Assembly: GCF_001194135.2 (NCBI RefSeq)
Contig: NC_068982.1
Location: 54,336,860 to 54,372,772, forward strand
Direction: 5' to 3'
Length of the DNA stretch: 35,913 nucleotides
From: Octopus bimaculoides
Taxonomy: Eukaryota
Of the stretch, positions 22,085 to 32,013 are shown piece by piece. The first letter of the stretch is position 1, and every line of letters begins with the position of its first letter. The position numbers and the translations under genes were made by a program. Under the pieces are notes generated by a model. The model saw only the letters and a program-made list of their open reading frames with translations. It searched no databases and was not told the origin of the DNA.

Positions 22085-22330
22085 GACGCTTCTCGAGTCA
22101 TATAGGCTTATAGGGCCGGTTTCCCGGTTTTTGAGGTGTACATATCTCCCACTCCAAGAAGGGTCACTGGTCACTCGCAGGTTAACTCATTTTGCCAGCT
22201 GAGTGAACTGGAGCAACGTGAAATGGAGTGTTTTGCTCAAGAATACAAGGCATTGCCTGGTCCAAGAATATAAACCACAATCTTACAATCATGAATTTAA
22301 CACCCCAACCACTATGCCAGATGCTTCCAC
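22085..22330 (-). mobile_element. tRNA-type SINE, family E
   Basis: The minus-strand head has an A-box-like TGGCATAGTGG and a degenerate B box, followed by GCAAAACACTCCATTTCACGTTGCTCCAGTTCACTCAGCTGGCAAAATGAGT. Confidence 0.75.
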
Positions 22331-22331
22331 A

Positions 22332-22334
<3 letters not shown>

Positions 22335-22382
<48 letters not shown>

Positions 22383-22587
22383 TTATCTATCTATCTTAGA
22401 TAGATTTCTAGCACATTAACAGTCCACCTAGTGGTCTCCTTTTTATATATACATATACAATAATCCTTTGAGATCTCAGATATTTTTTCTGAATTTCCTT
22501 GATTCTTTTAATGTGCTTGTTCCCTGGTATTAAATGGGTATTAATTAATATCCAATTTTTTACCCTACTGTTTTAATTTATCTTAGG

Positions 22588-22658
<71 letters not shown>

Positions 22659-22805
22659 GCAGACAGACAAACAGACAGACTGATTCATTGATATAGTAAC
22701 TTTTACTAGTTTCAGTCATTCAATTATTGAGCTGTGGTCATGCTGGAACTAACACACTGAGACACACACAGACACGTACATACACACACACACACACACA
22801 CTCTC
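22335..22805. repeat. (TCTA)n, (GATA)n and (CA)n microsatellites
   Basis: Read directly. Confidence 0.95.
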
Positions 22806-23076
22806 ACATACACATCCACACACTTACATGCATGTACGTACGGTGGGAGAGACAGACGGACGGACTGACAGACAAACAGTCACATTGGAAGAAAAACTGA
22901 GATATCATAACACTAATTGTGTAAGGTGTGTATGGCAAATTAGGAAAAGAAAAAAAAAAGAAGAAACAGAAAAAAACAAAAACGCTCCCGTCCATATGAA
23001 AAACAAAAAAGTTCCCGAAAAAACACCAAAAAAAACGGAAAAAAATTTAAGCCAAAATCACATGATACTCACCAAG

Positions 23077-23090
23077 TTTTGGCGGGAAAA
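23077..23090 (-). promoter_or_regulatory. E2F-like site TTTTCCCGCCAAAA, 4 nt upstream of a GTGAGT splice donor
   Basis: The + strand reads TTTTGGCGGGAAAA. The minus-strand donor TTG|GTGAGT has its G at 23072. Confidence 0.35.
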
Positions 23091-23327
23091 GGTCTCGTGG
23101 CTGAAAATGACATGTGATTCGTGTTAGAACAACTGTTACAACTGATAGCATTCGTTAAAATAAGAGTCACTAGCATACTCCGTCCTCTTCTTACTTCGGT
23201 ATCACCATCCCCCTTCCTTTCTATCATTACAATAATTTACAAGTCGAAATTTGAGCTCAAGGACACAGAGCTACTGATGTTTTTTTTAATTTTATTCCTT
23301 CTTGCTTGTACTGTGTAATTATATCTG

Positions 23328-23380
<53 letters not shown>

Positions 23381-23604
23381 GACTACTGCTGCTGCCAGTG
23401 CTAGTCCTGTTGCACTCACAAACAAATATATATACACACGTCTATATGAATATATATACATCCATGCTTTCATTTATATACGTGTGTGTGTGTCTGTGTG
23501 TATAGATATACATATATATTTGTATATATAAATATATACATATACATGTACATATATGTATATATACATATACATATATATATACATACATACATACATA
23601 CAAG

Positions 23605-23641
<37 letters not shown>

Positions 23642-23655
23642 ACACNNNNNNNNNN

Positions 23656-23706
<51 letters not shown>

Positions 23707-23840
23707 AACGCACATCCATATGTGTATGTGTGTGTTTGGATGTATGCATTTATATATGTATACACATGCATACATACGTACATACATACATGCATACATA
23801 CATGCATACATACATGGATGCACGTACACATACACACATG
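23328..23840. repeat. (CTA)n followed by compound (TA)/(CA)/(TACA) microsatellites
   Basis: Read directly. Confidence 0.95.
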
Positions 23841-24114
23841 ATTTTGCTCCTTATTAATTATCGTTTACAGTGATGAGGTCATTAGCACTTTAAACCAAGC
23901 ATCACTTAATAGTGGTTAGAACTATTTAGACGAAAATGAGAGACGTTATCTTCTCTACCATTGCCACTCAGCAGAAAAGGGCTAAGGTGGATGTATCTAC
24001 GAAATTGTTGAAATAGCAGCCAAAACTCCCTCTTATTTACACTCTGACTTAAAAACGTAAAGAAAGCACTGGATAATAAAGCCCTGAATGCATTCTTAAC
24101 AAGGAATACCCAAA

Positions 24115-24520
24115 ACAGGTGTGGCTATGTCGTAAGGAGCTTGCTTTCCAACCACATGATTCCAGGTTCAGTCCCACTACGAGGCACCTTGAGCAAGTGT
24201 CTTCTACTAAAGCGTCGGGCCGAGCAAATCCTTGTGAGTGCATTTGGTAGAGAGAAACTGAAAGAAGCCTGTCATGTGTGTGTGTGTGTGTGTTTATGTC
24301 AGTATTTGTCCACCACCACCGCTTGAGAACCTGTGCTGATGTGTCTACGTTTCCGTAACTTAGCGGTTCGGCAAAGGAAACGGATAGAATAAGTGCCAGG
24401 CTTAACACACGACAATAAGTACTGATGTGGATTCATTCGGCAAAAATATTTCTCAAGGCAGTACCTCAGCATGGTCGTAGTCTAATGATTGAAACAAATA
24501 AACTATAAAAAAATAAAACC
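24115..24520 (+). mobile_element. SINE family B, full length
   Basis: Head, internal (TG)n, body (GTAACTTAGCGGTTCGGCAAA) and A-rich tail. Confidence 0.9.
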
Positions 24521-24788
24521 TAGCAGAAGAGATGTTCATGGCCGGGGTTACGTTGATCATAGATCAGCTCGATCAAAGCTGACTTAGGACAAGATTATTT
24601 CTCATATAAAGGAATGAAGCCTGAAATATAGGGATTGGGTTAGTCGATTACATGAACCTCCGTATCAATGGTTTTAAGTTTTTATACAACGCCAGCAATT
24701 TCAGGGGACGGGGTTAAGTCGATTACATCTCTAGTATTTCTGTAGAGGCATCTACGACTACATTATCCACTGTTTCTTTCCGTTATAT

Positions 24789-25710
24789 GTACAGCGAGTG
24801 GGTAAGCCGGCGAGCTGGCAGAATAGTTAAGACACCGGGCAAAATGCTTAGCGGTATTTCGCCCGTCTTTACGTTCTGAGTTCAAATTCAACCGAGGTCG
24901 ACATTGCCTTTCGTCCAGACGGTATCGATAAAATAAGTACCAGTTGAGCGCTGGAGTTGATATAATCGACTTACTACTTCCCCCAAATTTCAGGCCTTGT
25001 GTGCCTACAGTAGAAAGGATTGGTACAGCGGGTTGGTAAGTCGAGGAGCTAGCAGAATCGTTATCGGTATTTCACCCGTCTTTATGTTTCTTTTATTACT
25101 ACATCGGTCTGGTAAAGCAACGAGCAGGCATAATCGTTAGCAAGCAAAACAAAATGCATAATGAGCTTTTCGTCCGTCTTTACGTTCTGAGTTCAAATGT
25201 CGCCGAGATCAACTTTTTGCTTCTTATCCTTCGGGATCGATAAAATAAATAAGTATCAGTTGAGCATTGGGGTCGATGTAATCGATTTACACACTCCCCG
25301 AAATTGCTGGCCTTGTGTCAAAATCTGAAACCATTATTACAGCAGGTTGGGAAGACGGCGAGCTAGCAAAATCGTTAACAAGCCGGGTCAAATGCTTACA
25401 CCTATGTAAGACATCGTCATTACTCAGCTGAGCCATACAAAGATCTATGAGGAAAACCTATTCTTCCTTCCTCTGTATTTACTTGTATAATTAAGGCGGT
25501 GAGTTGGCAGAATCGTTAGCATGTTGCGCTATATGTTTAAAGTCACTTTTTCAAGTTTTTATATTCTGGGTTCAAATACTGCTGAGGTCGACTTTGCCTT
25601 TGAAGTCGATAAAATAAGTAGCAGTTCGGTATTTGAGCCCATGTAATCGATTAGCATCTTCCCCCTCTACTTCCCAAAATTTCAGGTCTTGTACCTATAG
25701 TAGAAAGAAA
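24789..25710 (+). mobile_element. Cluster of five family-A SINEs (about 24804-25021, 25038-25090, 25115-25336, 25352-25398, 25493-25710)
   Basis: Repeated family-A heads and cores. Minus-strand fragments also occur at about 24610-24735. Confidence 0.88.
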
Positions 25711-25979
25711 TCTACAAATACCTGAGTTCATTTAAAGACAGAGATTGGGTACGTTTTCCATCAAGACTTAAGATATTGATACTGTTGTTTAACTCTTTTA
25801 ACGTTAAGAGAGTCCGCATATAGATTATCATGACTCCTGAACACCCCCCCTATTACCACATTCTGTGCCATTGTCTACATTTCCACCCTCCTGAGTGGTT
25901 AAGATTCTTCAGAGTCAAGGTACCTATGGTGTTTTAACCAGTTCACTCTGAGATGCAAGTTGACTGTACGCTAAAATAT

Positions 25980-27250
25980 GCCTTATGAAAATTCCCTTAA
26001 TTTCCTTCTTGACCAGATCCAGTTGAAACCTTTCTCAGCAGCTTCCGTCATTGTTTTACGCGATTTGGTTTACTTTCTCACAGAAATTGAGAGCTCTTTC
26101 ATGAGATGACAGGCAGATTTGTCCACAAAACCTCTCGCTCCCACTTTAATAGCGAACACTTTGGTTTAGATGCGAGATTCTGTTAATCTGATGGCTAAAC
26201 TACCATGTTTTTTCTTGTAGATGTGAGTGTCCTCCTTTCTTCTTTCATATGGTGCAGTGAGTTTAATCAGAATTACTTGTTTGAGGAAAATGAGTAGAAT
26301 ACAATATCCAGTCTCAGTCGACATTGCCTTTCATCGTTTTGGGGTCGATAAATTAAGTACCAGTTACGTATTGGGGTCGATTTAATCGACTGGCCCCCTC
26401 CCCCAAAATTTCGGGCCTTGTGCCTAGAGTAGAAAAGATTCTTCTTGATATCTGGGTGATTTTTACATTCCGGTAAGTCTGCTGTGCACTCCCAGTCATC
26501 CACTCCATCATGCAGACCCGACTTCCATTATTCAATTGGTATAGTTGAGTAATGTTTAACCCCACCCACCGCTGTGTAGAGCACTAATTTGGCCTCTGAT
26601 GGCATCGTCTTCCCTCAAACACTTGATTGGGCTTTCATGTGTTCCTCCCTTTGGTTAGCGCCACTTTGCAAGAGCTCAGAACATATCACAATGTTTGCTT
26701 TTACAGTTATTTGGTTTCCCCAATTTCACCAGGAGGTCATATATAGATCTGCAGAAGAAGCTAACACTAAGAGCAGTTATGAGCCATATGTCATTCTAGC
26801 AGAGACTTCTCTGGATTGCACTCTCCAACGTAGTCCATTATCTCTTTTGGCCATGTTGGACTGCTTTCTGGATTCTTTTGGCATCCTCTCCTCCCTTCAC
26901 TGCCTGGTTTACCACGCCCTTCTTTTACTTCTCTTTTGCTTTTTTTTTTTACCCCACCTCCACTCTACTGAGCCTAGACCCTGCCTATTGGTCTAAATAT
27001 GTTTCATTGAGCTTGAAGCTCATTTTGCTGCATTCACTACCTCCTGAAGCTTCCATTTTCTGCTACTTCTCAACTTGCTTTAGATTTTTCTTACGATCTT
27101 ATCTCTGGAATCTTCGAGTATATACAAGAGTCTTCTTTTCCAACCTTGAATTCTAGCAGATTATGTCTACAGCCCAATGATTAAACACGAATTGAAATTT
27201 GCCAAAAGTATCAGCATCATGGGTCAGACAAACTGGTACAAGGCGTGGAT
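25980..27250 (-). pseudogene. RLE-type non-LTR retrotransposon (HERO/NeSL/R2 group): post-RT region, Cys/His knuckle and restriction-like endonuclease
   Basis: EFKVGK..EDSRD..RKW..TNRQGLG; KAVQHGQ..WT..DIW..SFFCRSIYDLL; TL*YVLSSCKVALTKGR..NQV; DDWECTADL; LRLDIVFYS (PD motif site); IKLTAPYE; AIKVGARGFV; EAAEKGFNWIWSRR. Many stops and frameshifts. Confidence 0.85.
26317..26440 (+). mobile_element. 5'-truncated SINE family A inserted in the RLE retrotransposon
   Basis: A family-A 3' half separates HPDIKKN from LRLDIV. Confidence 0.88.
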
Positions 27251-27265
27251 TTTGCCAAAAACATA

Positions 27266-27553
27266 GTTGTTGGCACTCCGTCGTTTACGACGTCGAGGGT
27301 TCCAGTTGATCCGATCAACGGAACAGCCTGCTCGTGAAATTAACGTGCAAGTGGCTGAGCACTCCACAGACACGTGTACCCTTAACGTAGTTCTCGGGGA
27401 TATTCAGCGTGACACAGTGTGACAAGGCTGACCCTTTGAATTACAGGCACAACAAAAATAAGAAGTAAGACTGAAAGGAAGTTGTGGTGAAAGAGTACAG
27501 CAGGGTTCGCCACCATCCTCTGCCGGAGCCTCGTGGAGCTTTAAGTGTTTTCG
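27266..27553 (-). mobile_element. SINE family D body, head lost in the gap
   Basis: GC-rich and CpG-retaining, resembling a SINE I recall from octopus. It shares CACGTTAATTTCACG with the relic at 34292. Confidence 0.7.
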
Positions 27554-28132
27554 NNNNNNNNNNNNNNNNNNNNNNNNNNNNNNNNNNNNNNNNNNNNNNN
27601 NNNNNNNNNNNNNNNNNNNNNNNNNNNNNNNNNNNNNNNNNNNNNNNNNNNNNNNNNNNNNNNNNNNNNNNNNNNNNNNNNNNNNNNNNNNNNNNNNNNN
27701 NNNNNNNNNNNNNNNNNNNNNNNNNNNNNNNNNNNNNNNNNNNNNNNNNNNNNNNNNNNNNNNNNNNNNNNNNNNNNNNNNNNNNNNNNNNNNNNNNNNN
27801 NNNNNNNNNNNNNNNNNNNNNNNNNNNNNNNNNNNNNNNNNNNNNNNNNNNNNNNNNNNNNNNNNNNNNNNNNNNNNNNNNNNNNNNNNNNNNNNNNNNN
27901 NNNNNNNNNNNNNNNNNNNNNNNNNNNNNNNNNNNNNNNNNNNNNNNNNNNNNNNNNNNNNNNNNNNNNNNNNNNNNNNNNNNNNNNNNNNNNNNNNNNN
28001 NNNNNNNNNNNNNNNNNNNNNNNNNNNNNNNNNNNNNNNNNNNNNNNNNNNNNNNNNNNNNNNNNNNNNNNNNNNNNNNNNNNNNNNNNNNNNNNNNNNN
28101 NNNNNNNNNNNNNNNNNNNNNNNNNNNNNNNN

Positions 28133-28186
<54 letters not shown>

Positions 28187-28816
28187 AAGAGAAACAGAGA
28201 AAGAAAGAGAGTGAGATGTTGGCTATTTTGGAGAAGAGACAGAGTGATATGTTTCCTCAGTCGAAGTTTGGGAAGAGGGTCACAGTCAGGGTTGATATGT
28301 GATTTTTATTCTGTTTGCAATCTTAGAAAATAAATATTTTCTTTTCTTATCTAAGCTGATAGCGATATAGGTTGCAATCACCATGTAAATTCACCATGGA
28401 AACGAGGGGAGAAAAGCAGAAACGAACAGCTGACTTCTTATATAAACGTCTCACTCGTTTGATGTTTTTCAGCGACACAAACAAGAATAATATGATTATA
28501 GTAAATTCAAAAATGCTAATTCACTGTTTGAAAGCCGATAAGGACCTTGTTTAAGTTGTCATTGCTACGAAATATTAGATTTTCTTTTTATACAGAGATG
28601 TTCATGCCTTTCTCATTAGTGATATATAATGTAATTAGATATCACTTTTTGTAATAGGTACAGGTATGGTTGTGAGGTAAGAAAAAATTTTGCTGCTCAG
28701 CTACATGATTTTGAGTTCAGTCCCACTGCGTGGCACCTTGGACTAGTGTCTTCTGCAACGGCCTCGGGCCTTGTGTGAATAGATTTGGTACAAGCACACT
28801 GAAAGAATCCCATCAT

Positions 28817-29065
28817 ATCGCTGACCACTACTCCTGTGTGACTCTTCTGTCCGGCATTCGCCATGATAGATCGCTGACCACTACACATATTTTTTTCTCT
28901 CCTTGTTTCTCTCCTTATTTCTTTCTGTGTTCCATTCTGTTGAAGAGCGTAGGCTCGAAACGTTAAATAAGAAGAAAGACTTTCTCTATTCCCGAGCGTT
29001 ATACTAATACATCCATTTGTTGTTTACACCACCTGTCTTCGTCTGTTGTTTTTTCGTGAATTCTC

Positions 29066-29068
<3 letters not shown>
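28817..29068 (+). mobile_element. Penelope-like pseudo-LTR-type element, copy 2
   Basis: Homologous to 4827-5020 and ends in TTCTCCCA(TA)n. Confidence 0.65.
28935..28966 (+). ncRNA. Minimal hammerhead ribozyme variant, copy 2 (stem I weakened)
   Basis: UU-CUGUUGA-A-GAGC(GUAG)GCUC-GAA-AC|GU-U-AA. Core and stems II and III match copy 1, but stem I has only 2 bp. Confidence 0.6.
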
Positions 29069-29105
<37 letters not shown>

Positions 29106-29961
29106 GTGTGTATTTATGTCTGACATAAATATGCACGTGTGTATGTGTGTTTGTACCTTTTCTTACTAACATCGTGTGATAGTTGTAAAGGCAGGCGGTA
29201 TCATTCGTGTCCAATCTTCAATGAAAACATGTCTGGTCATAAGGAAATATTACCCTACCGGCAAACAGGTAAGGGTTGGCAACAAGAAGGGCTTTCATTT
29301 GTAGAAATTGTCTTAATACTGTTTAACCATGGTAAGCATGATGAACAAGTGGTTGTTAAAACGGTAATACTACTGATGATGACGATAGTGAATCAGCTTG
29401 TATGGCTTTTGAAATCACTCGACTTACAAGACACAACAGGCAAATTTCATTTAAATCATGTCTTCAAAAAAAAAGAAACGAAGTGCACATTAGATAATAT
29501 ATATTTGATTGCATTGTTTTTTAAAGAAAGACCAGATGGACACGGCCAGAAATCATAGATCTACTTGATAAGGGTCTAGAATACATGCTTTGAAGTATAT
29601 GATTTGTTTCTCAAGACACTGCTGCTATGTGTCGTTGGTGAACATACTTGGAATCTAACTGAACAATAAGATTCTATCCCGTTCTTTGTATGCACTTTAC
29701 AAGGTACACTCTACTTGATAAGTCCTACAGGGTTTTAAATTAATGGGACAGAAGTAATTTCCAACCCCGAAGCAGCACATAAACACTACATAACTATGAC
29801 GGGAAGGGAAATTTTAGCAAACATTTTGTATTCATGTAATTCTTATGAATATAGAAAAATGTTTATGCATTCTTATGCATATAGAAAAAAAAAACACATC
29901 AAGCAATTAAAAGAAAAGGCTTCAGACTGCATTAAAAAGAAAACAATCGAAAGTAGAAAAT

Positions 29962-30100
29962 GGAAGTGTAAGTTGTGATACATGTATAGCAAAGAAAGAG
30001 ATAGTGAGCAAAAGACCCCAATATAATGAAAACCTTTATTTCAACACAAAATCAGAGATATTGGAGAAATATCGATACCTTAAAAAGTATGCACAACTCA
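29962..30100 (+). pseudogene. Possible PLE GIY-YIG C-terminal relic
   Basis: SCDTCIAKKEIV...YFNTKSEILEKYRYLKKY resembles the PLE terminal motif CxLCLxEK...LNxRSE...CRHxxK. The match is short and degenerate. Confidence 0.4.
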
Positions 30101-30460
30101 GAAAATCATCTCTCATACTCCACCACTATTATGTTCTTTGTTTTTTACCACATGGATGTAAAAACTCATCTGGATTCTACGTAGCTTCTCTGTTTTTTTA
30201 TATTTTTCAAAAAGTTAACAACTAATGCGGTCAAAAGGAAATAGTTCACATCTAAGTGTCACGATCTAAATCGAAGTGGAAACATGGAAAAATTTTACGT
30301 ACGTGGAAATATGGAGCCTTANNNNNNNNNNNNNNNNNNNNNNNNNNNNNNNNNNNNNNNNNNNNNNNNNNNNNNNNNNNNNNNNNNNNNNNNNNNNNNN
30401 NNNNNNNNNNNNNNNNNNNNNNNNNNNNNNNNNNNNNNNNNNNNNNNNNNNNNNNNNNNN

Positions 30461-30503
<43 letters not shown>

Positions 30504-31036
30504 TATAAAATAAGTGCTAACACACGAAATTCTCGACCTCTGAGTCATTCTGTAACATCTGCCAGATATTGATATACATATATATATATAATGTGTGCAC
30601 ATACATGTATATATGTATATGTATGTAGTGAAAGTAAAATGGACAGAGAGAGAAAAACTACAATTTACTTGTACATTGTTGAACAAACATTTAGCGAGTC
30701 TCTATGTAATATTTCGACTCACAAGAAATTACAACCAAATCTCTCGTGTCACACTATTACTGTCTTTTAAGATATAATAATGACACACACATTTGATAAC
30801 ATAGCCCTCCAGAAATTATGTCAGAAGAAATTAAGCTGGTCTCGACGAAAACGTCTAAGTAGGCAAGTCTGCATTATCAGAGCCGAAATTTAGGCTAGAT
30901 AAAAGCAACTAGTTGTTTATTATTATAATGTGGCGTATAGAAAAAAAAACAGACAAGATAAAAGAAACAAAAAAACTGGACGGCCAGTGACATAAGCATC
31001 AACAATAACAACTATGTCATCAACAACAAGAATATC

Positions 31037-31240
31037 AAATTTTGGCACAAGACCAGAAATTTCGTGAAGGTGGGGTAAGCCGATTACATCGAACCTAATG
31101 TTCAACTGGTACTTATTTTATCGACTCCAAAAAGATGAAAGACAAACTTGACCTAGTCGGAATTTGAACTCAGAACGTAAAAACGGACGAAATACCGCTA
31201 AGTATTTTACCGAGCATGCTAACAATTCTAACAGTTCGCT
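31037..31240 (-). mobile_element. SINE family A
   Basis: Reverse-complement match to family A. Confidence 0.9.
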
Positions 31241-31276
31241 ATCAATAATATATCAACGACATTATCGACGACTATA

Positions 31277-31410
31277 CAGGGTAATTCAAAAGTCGCCATA
31301 CATAAGAACAACTTTTTTTTTTTTATAAGAAACAGTTTTTTTTTTATTTAACTGTTTCTTATAAAAATTTAAAAAAATTTCTTATATATGGTGACTTTTG
31401 AATCACCCTG
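31277..31410. mobile_element. 134-bp Tc1/mariner-type foldback MITE
   Basis: TA|CAGGGT... 32-bp TIRs (29/32) ...ACCCTG|TA, plus an internal perfect 18-bp inverted repeat. Confidence 0.92.
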
Positions 31411-31474
31411 TAGAATCCAAGCACAGTCAAGGTCATAATCGTAACGTCAAAGTTGTCAATCTTTTATGTTCGTC

Positions 31475-31843
31475 ATTTACTTATTTTAGTCATTGAATTG
31501 CGACTATGGTGGTACACTGCATCGAATGGTTTCTTGCTTGTTTCTTTATTGTTACTTAAGTTTGGTACTAATGCTTATTACTCTCTTTTGGTGAACTGCA
31601 AAATTATGGGTATGTAAACATATAAACACTGATTGTGAAGCGAGGTTGAGGACAAATACCCACAGCACAAAACACACACACAAATATACGACGGCTATTC
31701 CACACAGTTTCCGTAAACCAAATTCACTCGCATGGCTTGGTCAGCCGGGGCTATGGCAGAAGACACTTCTCCAAGGTACCGCACAGTGGGGCTGAACACG
31801 AAACCACGTTGTCGCAAAGCGAGCTTATTTACACAGCCGTGCT
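31475..31843 (-). mobile_element. SINE family B, diverged
   Basis: Reverse-complement match to the family-B head and body. Confidence 0.8.
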
Positions 31844-32013
31844 TTCACTAGGACGAAGAGTATGTTCGTCTCACATGTAAAAAGATCAACAAATATGACG
31901 GATGTTATTCTCGGTGCATTGCGATCTGTGTCTGGGGAAAATTGTTTGCGACTAGAACGGCTTTCATTATTATAAAGTTTGATCGAGAATACCATTGCAT
32001 CTGTGATATATTA

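Larger units (their letters stand above)
28660..29310 (+). mobile_element. SINE with a family-B head and a different 3' body, interrupted by the ribozyme element
   Basis: Head GAGTTCAGTCCCACTGCGTGGCACCTTG...CTGAAAGAATCCCATCATAT. The body resumes after the (TA)n with GAAAACATGTCTGG...AAACAGGTAAGGGTTGGCAACAAGAAGGG. Confidence 0.75.
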
